A stretch of DNA of 64,000 nucleotides from Octopus vulgaris (GCA_951406725.2 OX597816.1:87482001-87546000), one strand, 5' to 3'. Positions 39,338-52,601 are shown, counted from the stretch's first letter. The notes: generated by a model not told the origin, from the sequence alone. Made by a program: numbers and translations.

Positions 39338-39478
39338 CTCTTCTTCTTCTTCTTCTTGTTCTTCCCCTTCTTCTTCTTCTTCTTCTTCTTCTTCTTCTTC
39401 TTCTTCTTCTTCTTCTTCTTCTTCTTCTTCTTCTTCTTCTTTCTTCTTCTTCTTTTTCTTCTTCTTCTTTTTCTTCTT

Positions 39479-39508
<30 letters not shown>
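39338..39508. repeat. (CTT)n microsatellite
   Basis: Seen directly. Confidence 0.97.
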
Positions 39509-39509
<1 letters not shown>

Positions 39510-39983
39510 TGGAACTATGAAGAAACAGAAAAGTTACCCAGTAGTTGCAAAGAAATTCACTTTCTCTCTGCTCTTAACACTTTAACTTTCTCTTGGCATT
39601 GACATAGATTTGATCCATGTTAATTATGGCAAAGACTATTTATGGGGAACAGTTGGAGGAATTGCTAACACAGAAACAAAAGACAAGAAAAACATATAAA
39701 AAAAAATGTCAATGTGGAAAAGGAAGGAGTGAGGATGGGGGGAGTAACAGAAAGGAAATGGAGGTAAAATATAAAAAAAAGCAAAGATAAATAGAGAATA
39801 TTAAATAAATATTACCAAAATTAGATTAGAACCTGGATTTTTTTTTTTCATTATGAACATTTTTTTTGTACCATTTTTACAGTTAACACATGTACTCACT
39901 CTTCACAAGTGGAAATAGATTTTTAAAAAAAGTCTCTTTCCTGTATATTAATTGGCAAACATGACTACCAAAATACATAGTTT

Positions 39984-40168
39984 ATATATATATATGTGTG
40001 TATGTATGTATATATATATATATATATACATATATGTGTATGTATGTATGTATCTATGTATGTATGTATGTATGTATATGTATGTATGTATATGTATGTA
40101 TGTATATGTATGTATATATTTATGTATGTATATATTTATATATGTATGTATATATATGTATATATATG

Positions 40169-40243
<75 letters not shown>

Positions 40244-40671
40244 ATATATATGTATGTATGTATATATATATGTATATATGTATGTATGTATATATATATG
40301 TATGTATGTATATATATATGTATGTATGTATGTATATATATGTATGTATGTATATATGTATATATGTATGTATGTATATATGTATGTATATATATGTATG
40401 TATGTATATATATGTATGTATGTATATATATATATGTATGTATATATATATATGTATGTATATATATATATGTATGTATATATATATATGTATGTATATA
40501 TATATGTATGTATGTATGTATATGTATGTATGTATGTATGTATGTATATATGTATGTATGTATGTATATATATGTATGTATGTATGTATATATATGTATG
40601 TATGTATATATATATATATGTATGTATGTATATATATGTATGTATGTATGTATATATATGTATGTATGTAT

Positions 40672-40705
<34 letters not shown>

Positions 40706-40706
40706 G
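39984..40706. repeat. ~720-bp compound (TATG)n(TA)m array
   Basis: Seen directly; it is the source of the long YIHT/MYVC pseudo-ORFs. Confidence 0.97.
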
Positions 40707-40872
40707 TCTATTTATATGTTGGCATGTGTTATAAATAAATATGTATGTCAGCGAAATCGTTTGTATGTACATGTATAGTTATATATGCAAGGCATGAATT
40801 ATAAATATGGATCAAAACTAGGCAAAATATATTTATGGTTTGATTCTCTATTACACGAAGGAGTGGATAAGA

Positions 40873-41626
40873 GTTTAAATTCCAACTTAATTTCGACATG
40901 AACATATAGATGTGTCCTATATTTAATTCTGGATTAGTATACATATATTTTGGAGAAGATTGCAAGCATTTCACTTAGTAGACCATTAAATTGAAATAAT
41001 AACCTATTCAAACTAGGGAGCAGTTCTCATACTAGGTACTCTTCCGGAGGCCACATGGCTCTAGGGATCCAATTCTGATTCGTGTATACTGTGGCTTGCT
41101 GTTAGTAAATGTTATAGGGTCTGGCACATTGATTTATCTGTTAGGATGGGGGTCTTAAATGCTGCTAAGATGGCCTTGGTAAAGAAAAGTATTTAGTTCT
41201 GTCACAAGTAATTTTTTAATTTAAAATTTTTTTTTTGTTTTTTGGTGCTGGGGCATGTAAAGTGGTTGGTGATAATAAGGACATCCAGCTATAAAGATGC
41301 CAAAAAACATAACATAGACAACAACAGATTCGTTGTTTTCTGTTCGCTGTGTATTATCAGATGGTAAAGGCCAGAACATGGTAAAGACACAGTGAACCAC
41401 TTGTTCAGCTTATAATAAGAATGGAAAATTAGAGGTAAAAATGATGATGATAATGAAATAAATACATATAGGCACAGGAGTAGCTGTGTGGTAAGTAGCT
41501 TGCTTATCAACCACATGATTCCGGGTTCAGTCCCTGGCACCTTGGGCAAGTGTCTTCTACTATAGCCTCAGGCCGACCAAAGCCTTGTGAGTGGATTTGG
41601 TAGATGGAAACTGAAAGAAGCCCATG

Positions 41627-41675
<49 letters not shown>

Positions 41676-42478
41676 GTGTGTGTGTTTATCCCCCTCAACA
41701 TCGCTTGACAACTGATATGATGTGTTTAAATTCCAACTTAATTTCGACATGAACATATAGATGTGTCCTATATTTAATTCTGGATTAGTATACATATATT
41801 TTGGAGAAGATTGCAGGCATTTCACTTAGTAGAACATTAAATTGAAATAATAACCTATTCAAACTAGGGAGCAGTTCTCATACTAGGTACTCTTCCGGAG
41901 GCCACATGGCTCTAGGGATCCAATTCTGATTCGTGTATACTGTGGCTTGCTGTTAGTAAATGTTATAGGGTCTGGCACATTGATTTATCTGTTAGGATGG
42001 GGGTCTTAAATGCTGCTAAGATGGCCTTGGTAAAGAAAAGTATTTAGTTCTGTCACAAGTAATTTTTTAATTAAAAATTTTTTTTTTTGTTTTTTGGTGC
42101 TGGGGCATGTAAAGTGGTTGGTGATAATAAGGACATCCAGCTATAAAGATGCCAAAAAACATAACATAGACAACAACAGATTCGTTGTTTTCTGTTCGCT
42201 GTGTGTTATCAGATGGTAAAGGCCAGAACATGGTAAAGACACAGTGAACCACTTGTTCAGCTTATAATAAGAATGGAAAATTAGAGGTAAAAATGATGAT
42301 GATAATGAAATAAATACATATAGGCACAGGAGTAGCTGTGTGGTAAGTAGCTTGCTTATCAACCACATGATTCCGGGTTCAGTCCCTGGCACCTTGGGCA
42401 AGTGTCTTCTACTATAGCCTCAGGCCGACCAAAGCCTTGTGAGTGGATTTGGTAGATGGAAACTGAAAGAAGCCCATG

Positions 42479-42517
<39 letters not shown>

Positions 42518-42570
42518 GTGTGTGTGTTTATCCCCCTCAACATCGCTTGACAACTGATATGATGTGTTTA
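40873..42570 (+). repeat. Near-identical tandem duplication, unit ~850 bp (40873-41723 / 41724-42570)
   Basis: Identical blocks at offset 851/852; duplicated ORFs 41289..41549 and 42141..42401; gttta at all three junctions. Confidence 0.95.
41471..41723 (+). mobile_element. SINE family A truncated by the duplication breakpoint
   Basis: Head, CORE and (CA)n are present; the copy stops at gatgtgttta. Confidence 0.9.
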
Positions 42571-42700
42571 TGTCCCTGTAACTTGGCAGTTCAGCAGACA
42601 TGACCAATAGAATAAGTCCTGGGGTCGATTTACTTGACTAAATGTGGTGCTTCAGCATGGCTGCAGTGAAATGACTGAAACAAGTAAAAGAATTAAAGAA
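42323..42700 (+). mobile_element. SINE family A, full length
   Basis: Head ggcacaggagtagctgtgtggtaag through tail gactgaaacaagtaaaagaattaaagaa. Confidence 0.92.
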
Positions 42701-42849
42701 TATGCATACATATCCTTTAAAATTATATTTCTCTGTTCCTCTCTACCCTTACTCTTTCTCTCTTCTGTTCTTCTCCAGCCTAACTTTTTTTCTGAACATT
42801 AAATGGTGTCATTTTACCTACTCTGTTACAATAATAGTAATTGTTTGTA

Positions 42850-43640
42850 ATTTTTTTAAGCACTGGAGCCAGAAATTTAGGTGGGGGGCAGTTGATTATA
42901 TCAACCCAAGCACTTGACTCGCACCTTGTTTTATTTAATATGGTGCGGTGAAAGGCAAAATTAACTTCAGTGGGCTTTGAACTCTTAGTGTTCATAACTG
43001 TACATAAAATAACAAAAAGGAATTTGTTTTAGCCCTAAAAATAGTGATAATCTTTTCAAACTTTAGCTCAAGGCCAGCAGTTTTAGTGGGTGAAGCATCA
43101 CCCTCCATACATGTCTGATTCTTATTTCATTAACCCTGAAAGGATGAAATGCTATTAAGCATGTTGCCTACCACGGTAACATTTCACTCAACTCACTGCC
43201 TTAGCAGTAGTAGTCATAATAATGGTTTCAAATTTTGCCACAAGGGCAGCAATTTTTGGGGAGGGGATGAGGCAGTTACATCAATCTCCAGTGTTCAACT
43301 GGTACTTATTTTATTGAGCCCAAAAGGATGCAGAGCAAGGCCAACCTCGGCAAAATTGGAACTCAGAATGGAACAACTGGTGAAATACTGCTAAGCATTT
43401 TGTTTAGCATGCTAATGATTCTGCCAGCTCACTACCTTAATAATATCATTAATAATAAGGATATTTTCTCATATAGACTGAAGATTTGAAACTTGCAGGG
43501 ATGGACCAGCTCCTTAGATTGAATCCAGTTCTTTGTACATAAATTTATCAACCTATCAAGTATGAAAGGCGAAGTCAACTTCAGTGGGATTTGAACTCAG
43601 CTGTAGCAAATACCACAGGGTATTTTGTTTGGTGGTCTAA
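42850..43640 (-). mobile_element. Cluster of about 4 degenerate family B SINEs
   Basis: The best copy is 43215-43436 (ends attctgccagctcact). Recurring aaaggc.aa.tcaact..gggatttgaactc blocks occur at ~42950 and ~43565. Confidence 0.7.
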
Positions 43641-43667
43641 TTATTGTACCAAAAGAATAAACAGGTA

Positions 43668-43993
43668 AACACCCTCTTTGGTTATGAATGACCATGAGAT
43701 TGCACCTAGAAAGTTCCCCTCTGAGGCACAAATCTGGGCAAGGTTGTTTATGGAAGACCAGCAGTTGCTCATGCATACTAGCCTTCGCTTTCCATTCCAT
43801 GGGTGTCATCCGAGGGAAAATGCTGATACAGCTTGGCACCAGTGACATCACAACTCATTTCCACAGCTGAGTGAACTGGAGCAACGTGAAATAAAGTGTT
43901 TTGCTGAAGAACACAACACACAGCCCAGCCCAGAAATCAGACTCACTACCTCATGATTATGAGCTCAATGCTCTAACCACTGAATTGTGTGCC
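43668..43993 (-). mobile_element. tRNA-derived SINE family D (body type 2)
   Basis: Minus-strand head ggcacacaattcagtggttagagcattgagctc and the block acactttatttcacgttgctccagttcactcagctg shared with 29614-29890; the 3' body differs. Confidence 0.8.
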
Positions 43994-45249
43994 ATCATGC
44001 CAAAAGAATACATTTTTCTTTTTGAGGGGGGAAAAAATACAGATGGAAAAGTAAAGATGAAAATGCAGTTAAAGAAAGATTACAATAATTTTTGTCATCA
44101 CATGTAATCAAAATGATAATCTCTAAGAAAATGGAACTGGTTCACATCAGGAGAATAAAGCATTGGCGGAGAGGGTGGGAAGGAGGTGCAAAAATTAACT
44201 AAATAAGAGTTATTTGTTATCATTTAATAGGGGGTAGATTTGATTGTAAATATTTTTTCAGGGATTGGTCTTTGTGTGTATGTGTGTGTGTGTGTGTGTT
44301 TGGCAAGAGGATAAAGTCAAAACTAAAAACCCCAAATATTTAATCTTTTTAAAAGATAAAAAATAGCTAAAATATTATGACTGGTAAAAGAATTTGAAAA
44401 AGAAAGCAAAAAAAATTCTAAGAAATTGAATGAAACAAAATAGAAATCTGTAATAAAGAAGATAACATATTTTGATCCTTAAAAAATGGCGACTTGATTG
44501 AATGGGAACCTTTCTAAAAAGAAGGAAATAAAAAAAATATAGTGTTTATCAGCACTAAGAGTTCCTTCCTGCTATTTATACGAAAAAAAATAAAATAGGA
44601 AAACTCTGTGGTGACTTCATATCACACCTAAATGGTTTTAAGTAAATGAAAGCAAGAACAACGAAAAGAAATAAGTTACAGGAAGGATTTCTTTTCTAAA
44701 ATATTTTTTTAAAAGAATGATTAGCAAAAAAAAAAAAAAAAGGTATTAAAATATAAAAGGGTTTTAAATGTAAAATTCTAAAAAAGCAAAATGAAAAAAG
44801 AAAAAGGTTGAAGAAAGGAAAAATAATAATTTAAGAACGATTTGAAAAATATTAAAATTACAATAAACATGTAGGAATGAAAAATGAAAATAACTTTTTA
44901 AAAAGAAAATAGTGTGTTTAGGTTTCTTACGTTTTGTGTGGCAGGAGTAATTTTATTTTGGAAAATTTAGCAACAGCTGTAATGATGATAAGAGAAGTTT
45001 CAAAAACTACAACAGCAACAGATAATACAAGTATTAGTGCTTTTAGGTAGTTTCATAATCTGTGTGCAAAGTTTCAGAATGCATTTGTATAATTAACCCT
45101 TCTGATGCCAAGCTGTCTCAGCTGCCTCCAGTCTTTTGATATCAAAATCTTCCCATTATAATTTTACACAGTAACCTTTTTTCTGTTACACTATATTCAA
45201 AACACCAGCTCAATATAGTCATTCATCTAATGAAAAAGTTATTTATTAA

Positions 45250-45551
45250 CCCTTTAGCATTTAGATTATTCTGTCAAAAGTGATGCATATTTATTCACAT
45301 TATTTTGAGATTTCAACAATGTGGTTGCTTATATTTAACCTTTAGCTCAGTGTCGGTACATTATGTTGCCATATGAGTTTTCTCCCCTGTGGTAACAGGG
45401 CAGTGGCAGGGAAAACAATTTTAGAGAAAATGTAGTGTGCTAAAGGTTAGAATGACATTGTAGAGTAGGTGTGAGAGGCTGGGTCTGGCTGGTTTGAACA
45501 TAGAACTGGTAGTATATTTGGGCATGATATGGCCAACTTAAATGCTAATGG
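45250..45551. mobile_element. piggyBac-type MITE carrying a nested second piggyBac-type mini-element (45339-45446)
   Basis: Outer element: ttaa|ccctttagcattt ... aaatgctaatgg|ttaa. Inner element: ttaa|cctttagc ... gctaaagg|ttag. The outer sequence is the reverse complement of 11220-11436. Confidence 0.8.
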
Positions 45552-47089
45552 TTAAATCTCACCACAGACTACTAGATTATGGTAAAAAAAGGGTTAAGTA
45601 TATGTTAAAATGTATAATATTCAGAGCATTAAATATGCCTAAAGTATTAAATACATTAAGAAATAATTGTGCATCATATCTTATATTAGACAATATTATT
45701 TACATTCATTTTAGGAAATATTAGACACAATTATAGTTTGGCAAATAAAGGAGATAATTCCAGATATGTTTTAGAAACCTTGCCAGAGTAGATTGGAACC
45801 TGGTGCAGCTCCCCAGCTTACCAGTTTTCAGGTAAACCATCCAACCCATGCCAGCATGGAAAACAGACATTAAATGATGATGATGATTGATGTTTTAGTC
45901 TTGTTATGGCTTCATTAGCCAAACATATACATCGTTGTATTTGGCTGCAATAGTAATGGGAGAATCATTATATGAATTCAAAATATTGTTTATTAAGTTG
46001 GTGTAAGAAAAGAGAATTCTTTAAAAAAATAAGAAATTTTGTCAGACAGATTCAGTCTGAAATTATTGATGACAAGCCTTCGCTATTGCAACCACAAAGA
46101 CTGAACATAAGACCAGAACATGTCTAAAATTGTCTTCCATACTTGCCAAAACGATATTTGGTGCTTCAAGTGTTAGCAGCGACCCATTTGCCAGAATAGC
46201 AAAATTGGCATTAAACTTATGATGATTAAAAGTATTTTCCTGTCTTGTGTCTTCACTTCACTTCTATCTATGCTTCTCCTACACAAAATTGCTATATTGT
46301 ATGTGTGTCTATATTAATTAAAATGAATGAATGTTTTGTCCTGTCTCTGCTTTCCGGGTTAGCTTCTGTTATATTTTAATGAAGGCTTCATCCTGTCTTG
46401 TATAGTCTTTGGCTCGTCTCTGTCTACCACGCTAAACACTTGATATAATTTACATAAGTCATTCACTGTCATAGGGGCACAACAAGTGTTTCTATTGCCA
46501 ACTTTATATAATTATCACACAATGAAGGATTCTTCTGTATTCTCTCTCCCTCTCTCCCTTCCTTTTTTTTTTTCTTTTTTGTTTGTTAACCACCGGATCT
46601 TTGAGAACATTTAATATATAACCATTGATTGTGAACAGTATCCTGTGTGTGCCTATATGTGGGTCTCTGTCTCTCTGTATACATTCATGCACATCACACA
46701 CACACACACACACATAATATGTATATATAAGTTGGTGACATCATAACACATTTGTATGTAGGTATGAATTTGCAACAAGCACTGTCTTGAAAGTAACTCG
46801 AATAGATGTCATGATGTCAAGTTTGTGTGTGTGGTTGAATACTAGCTAAGCTATGATTGTTGTGTATGTGTGATATAGATAACTTCTATGAATATGCACC
46901 TGCACATATATTTAATACATGGCAGTATATTTTGCATATTTTAGTATGTGTCTGTGTATATATCATTATCATCATCCTTTGATGTCTGTTTTCCATGCTG
47001 GTATAGGTTGGACATAATGATATATATGTATATGTATACACACACATAGATAGATATATATGTGTGTTTATATGTATATATGCATATAA

Positions 47090-47219
47090 TGGGCTTTTTT
47101 TTTTCAGTTTGTGTCTACCAAATCCATTCACAAGTCCTTGGTTTGTTCTAATAGAAAGCACTTGTCCAAGGTGCCATGCAGGAGACTGAACCTGGGGCCA
47201 CATAACCATTCCTGCCCCT
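47090..47219 (-). mobile_element. SINE family A, 5' fragment
   Basis: ttcagtttgtgtctaccaaatccattcacaag ... cacttgtccaaggtgccatgcag..actgaacc. Confidence 0.75.
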
Positions 47220-47556
47220 ATTTATAAATATAAATCATCATCATCATCATCGTTTAATGTCCTCTGTCCATGCTGACATGGGTTGGATGGTTTGAGAGGT
47301 GGCCAGGGAGAAGCCTGCGCCAGACATCTGTGTCTGTTTTGGTTATATATGTTGATTAGTCACCATTATCATTTAATGCTTGTTTTCTGTGCTGGCATGG
47401 GTTAGAGTTCAACACAGTCCACTGGATTCTTAGATCCTGTCAAACCATCTGTTTTAGTTTAGTTTCTGCATTTGGATGCCCATCTTGGGTTTCACTTGAT
47501 GTTGATCAATACTAACATCTATCTCTCATTCCCATCCTGCTGTATTTATATTTTGT

Positions 47557-47908
47557 GGCTGTGTGGTAAGAAGCTTCACAACCACATGGTACTGTATTCA
47601 TTCCCTTGCATGGCCCCTCTGGCAAATGTCTTCTACTACAGCCTTGGGCCAACCAAACCTTGTGAGTGGATTTAGTAGATGGAAACTGAAAGAAGTCCTG
47701 TATATATGTATGCATATAGCTATATGTATCTGTGTCTGCCCCCAACGCCACCACCATCACCACCACTGCCACCGCTTCATAACTGGTGGTTGTGTATTTA
47801 TGTTTCCATAACTTAGCTGTTTGGCAAAATGTTCAATTTGTTCGACTAAAACGTTGCAAGGCATTGCTCCAGCGTGGCCACTGTCCAATGACGGTAAAAA
47901 GTAAAAGA
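47557..47908 (+). mobile_element. SINE family A, diverged
   Basis: Head ggctgtgtggtaagaagc, CORE, and tail gctccagcgtggccactgtccaatgac. Confidence 0.85.
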
Positions 47909-48271
47909 TACACGATATATATATATAAACAGATAGATAGATATATTGCTAAACCTTAACCTAAATAGTGGTGTCTGCTTATTCACCTGTAAAATTACTG
48001 TTTACCTGAAATACAAATGTTGGGAAATGCACACACTAGCATCAGAAATAAACACATAGATGTTTGCAAATGCACCTGATAACAAACGCATACAAAAATC
48101 AGACATATTCACAAATACACGCATAAAAATTCTCTTAACAAGTTTTGAATGCAAGTTTGTTTATTTTGTTATGTTTTTCTACAACAATAAAATTTAAGAG
48201 ATTTCTCATTTTCCTTTCTTTTTTGTTTTTTAAGCGCAAATATCTGTTGCTTTGATGATTGTACCTGTGTG

Positions 48272-48311
<40 letters not shown>

Positions 48312-48815
48312 CAAGTGCGGCAAAGGTTATTATAGATGTACCTGTGTACATATGGATGGGTCTGTGTTTCCTCATTGTGTGTGAGAGCATGTACGTGTAT
48401 ATATGTGTGCAGGTAATATGAGTATTTGTGTGTGTGTGTGTGTATGTGTGTAATGTTTGTGTGAAATTATTAAATGTTTATGTACAAAACGGTGCAAAAC
48501 CTAAGATAAATATAGTTGTTTAACTACAGTTTTTAAGCCTTTCACTGATGAAACTTTAAACAGATGTGAATACATCTTGATATTCTCTTTGGACAAAGAA
48601 AAGTGTATATACGTATTCACATATCTCTATATCGGTTAATTATATACCATGTGTGTGTAATATATAAATACACATATACGTATATCGGAATATGGTATTT
48701 GATGTTAGTCGGCATATATAGTGTTTTTTTTCAAGCAGAAGGTTATACAATGTATGGAAATTGATGGCTAGGTGCATCTCTGCAGATTGATTTGGATATG
48801 TGTGTATATGTGTAC

Positions 48816-49234
48816 CTCTTACTCTTTTACTCTCTTTTACTTGTTTCAGTCATTTGACTGCGGCCATGCTGGAGCACCGCCTTTAGTCGAGCAAATCGAC
48901 CCCGGGACTTATTCTTTGTAAGCCCAGTACTTATTCTATTGGTCTCTTTTGCTTAACCGCTAAGTGACGGGGACGTAAACACACCACCATCGGTTGTCAA
49001 GCAATGCTAGGAGGACAAACACAGACACATAGACATACACGCACACACACATATATATATATAGATATATACGACGGGCTTCTTTCAGTTTCCGTCTACC
49101 AAATCCACTCACAAGGCTTTGGTCGGCCCGAGGCTATAGTAGAAGACACTTGCCCAAGGTGCCATGCAGTGGGACTGAACCTGGAACCATGTGGTTGGTA
49201 AGGAAGCTACTTACCACACAGCCACTCCTGCGCC
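48816..49234 (-). mobile_element. SINE family A, youngest-looking full-length copy
   Basis: Intact A/B boxes, CORE and tail; retains many CpGs (gcggcc, gtcgagc, atcgac, cccggg, gacggg). Confidence 0.95.
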
Positions 49235-49778
49235 TGTGTGTGTGTAATATATATTATAGATATGTGTGTGTATTATATATTATAGATGTGTGTCCATCCC
49301 AGTTATCACTCCTTCACTTCTGTAGCTATGTTACAGACACATAGACGTTACACACATGCCTCTTACATGTTACACGTACTTTGGATAATGATGTACCAGC
49401 TCTGCCATGCAAAAACACTCGTGTGCATGCTGCACCTTCAGTCAGTCATACAATTGCACATGATACATCACATAACAAAAGTATACACATGCATACGCAT
49501 ACAACACTCAGATGGTATATCCCACTGATGTATCTGTAGATGTGTGTCTACTTATGTAGAAGCAATCCTACATGTAGTCTTATATAAACTTGTGTGTGAA
49601 TACATTTGTTTTTGCATCTGTGTAAGTATACTATGCGACAGATGCACTATATATGCATAATGCACCATAGCTACATTTGAGAAACATTCCACTCATATGT
49701 ATGTACGCCCTATATAGGCAAGCGGAATTATAGTATATGCACTAATATGTATACACACTACTACACAGATATATATAT

Positions 49779-49818
<40 letters not shown>

Positions 49819-50624
49819 TGCACACGAAGAAAACTTACATGTACATATCTAAGTGTACATGTATTATCTACATTTATGTGTGTGCATGTGCTTAGCTATT
49901 GGATTCGTATGTGTGTGCGTGTATGTAGACATACATTATATATGCATGTCTCTCTCTCTCTCTACACACGCATATATATATATATATACACATATATACA
50001 TGCTTTATAATCTAAAATGTTTTATATATATATATTGCATATTTAGATTATAAAATGTATATATGTATGTGTGTGTATGTATATATATTTATATAGATAT
50101 ACATACACACATCCATATATACATACTTTATAATCTAAAATATGTATATATATATATATATAAACCATTAGTTTGAAAATTGATTGTACAAAAGCAAGCT
50201 GTTTGTCAGCAGGCAGCTGATCCTATTTTAAAACCACATTATCTCAGGTGTATAAGATGGAATGGCTGGTAATAGATGGTGGGGATTGTGGTTGGGATGG
50301 TGGTGGTGGTGGTGTGTTGGATGGGATGAAGAAAGCTATGATTGAAAATAAAAAGAAAAATTTATTTCCAGGAGATGATGTTTGTGTGTGTGATGGTTGC
50401 TGTTATTGGTGGTGATGTTGTAGTTGCGGTTTTCGGTGATGGTGGAGTTGTTAGTGTTGTTGTGAAGCTGTGTGTGTGTGCTTTTATCATTGTGATTGAT
50501 ATTGTGGTTGTGGCAGTGGTGGTATTATTGATGATGTGTTGTTGTTGTTTTTGGCTGAAGTATTTGTGGTCTTAGTTGACTTTGTAATGGTGTTGTAGTA
50601 AGGTTGTTGCTAATAATGAGGTGA

Positions 50625-50668
<44 letters not shown>

Positions 50669-50674
<6 letters not shown>

Positions 50675-50830
50675 GAAACAAGTCAAAAGGATCTACACAA
50701 TGTATGTATTAAGCTGACACTCAGTTTAAGATGGAAAAAAAGAGGGGTTGTGATGTTTTGAGCATGGCTCTTCATCAGGAAAGGTCTGGTAAGAAGGAAC
50801 AAAATAGTCTGAGAGAAGCATGTTTGTCAT
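50669..50830 (-). mobile_element. Penelope-like terminal-repeat fragment with a degenerate minimal hammerhead motif
   Basis: Minus strand: ttc-CTGATGA-a-gagc-cat-gctc-AAAACATC. It follows (TA)n at 50626-50668 and is homologous to 34397-34538. Confidence 0.6.
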
Positions 50831-51912
50831 TTCATGGCTGGTATGTGTGTATGAGGGTCAGTATTTTGTGATGAGGATGGTTGATAAGGTAGGAAAGGTG
50901 TTAACTTAAGTAATAAGATTTATTGAACAACATATCTGTTGGCATGCACATATACCTAGATACGCATGTAAGAATATATGTATGTGTTGGAAATATGACT
51001 GTTCTATTATTATCTATTTTATTAAGTATTTTTTTCCTTCTCTGTTTTATTATTTGTGAGTGTCTTGTTTATTTGGAACAATAAATTTTCTAAATCGAGC
51101 CACAATGCTTCCAGACCTTTACAGTTTCATCCTCAGGTTATATGAAGTGTTGTTGGCCTACATAACTGCCTGTCTTGCAGTAGGCAAATGCAAGTTATGT
51201 AGAATTTAAAATTTTGCTCTCAAGTTTTATTTCATCAGTCACAGTATTGTATTGTGCTATTAATATTGGTTCCATCATATATCACCTATTTCTCTGGGGA
51301 ATTCTACTATAGTGTGTGGTGTCTACTTATGCTTCAATTACTACTTCTTGTAAGTGCATGGTGTATCTACAAGTACAAGATAGTGTTGTATAAGTATGTC
51401 CAGTGGAACAGTAGAATCATGAAGTTTACAACTTTCATGTTTATTTCAAATCTAAATATACCATACACCATACTTCCATCACTATTTCTGTTTTATTGCC
51501 TGTTATTCACCATGGTATCCAGCACATTGTTATCACTTGCCATAGTCTTTTGTTATCACCTTTATGAGACACAGGATTTCAAGATAAATATTCATCCCAT
51601 ATTTTTCTACATATTTTCCTTCTATGTTGAATACTTGGCACTTTATACAACTGACATCTACTGTTTGCATTGCATTCTCATGCCATCATAGTGTCCTCTC
51701 CTACATGTAGTTTTCCTAATATCCAGCTTTTAGATTATTTGCGCACCATCATTCATATTCTCTAACATTACTCGTCAAGTAGATGTGTGGGGTTAATGTG
51801 TGTGTGTGTGTTTATGTGTGTGTCTGCCTGGATTCACCTGCCCATCTATAGGCATTTATGTATGTGTGTAGCTATAGCTATGTACATATCTGTATATACA
51901 TATCTATCTATC

Positions 51913-51960
<48 letters not shown>

Positions 51961-52601
51961 TATCATGATCATCATCGTTTAACGTCCGTTTTCCATGCTA
52001 GCACGGGTTGGACGCATATATATATACATATATACACACACACACACACATTGACATACATATATACAGTTGGCTTCTTTACAGTTTCCATCTCCCAGTT
52101 GCACTCAAGGCACTAGTTGACCCAGTGCCATGGTAGATTCTAGCTCAAGACAGTGTGCAATAGGATCAAGCTTGAGACCACTTGGCTGTGAAATGACATT
52201 CTTAACCACATAGTCATGTGTGTTTGTGTGTGTGTGTGTGTATGTGTGATTAGGTTTAGATTAAATACACAGATGGAATTATTGATGAAGTGTTAGATTA
52301 ATGGAATCATTGATTGGTAGATTGACAGGATCATTGATTGGTAATTTGATAGTTAGATAAAAGGATGTATAAATTGACCAACAGACAGATAGAAAGACGG
52401 ATATTGATTGATTAAACCCATTGAATTAATTCAAATATTCTTTTAATCCTTCCCTCTGGCACCTGTGCAGGCAGAAATTTTCAATAAACTGCAGCTTCTG
52501 TTGCCATTACGATTGTTACAGCAGATGAAATGCACTTTCGTGCAATTCTTTATTCCAACTTTAAACACACAAATGCACTCACTTTGCTGTCCTAATTTGG
52601 T

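Noticed and set aside
39948-40778. Long ORFs of 246-274 aa (and 156-210 aa at 52762-53487)
   Set aside because: They are translations of stop-free (TATG/TA) microsatellites, open in several frames on both strands.
48549-48575. CTGATGA motif as another hammerhead (also at ~1908 and ~51232)
   Set aside because: No stem II followed by GAAA.
49165-49234. tRNA-like A/B boxes (also at 29614-29670)
   Set aside because: These are SINE heads continuing into CORE bodies, with no complete cloverleaf.
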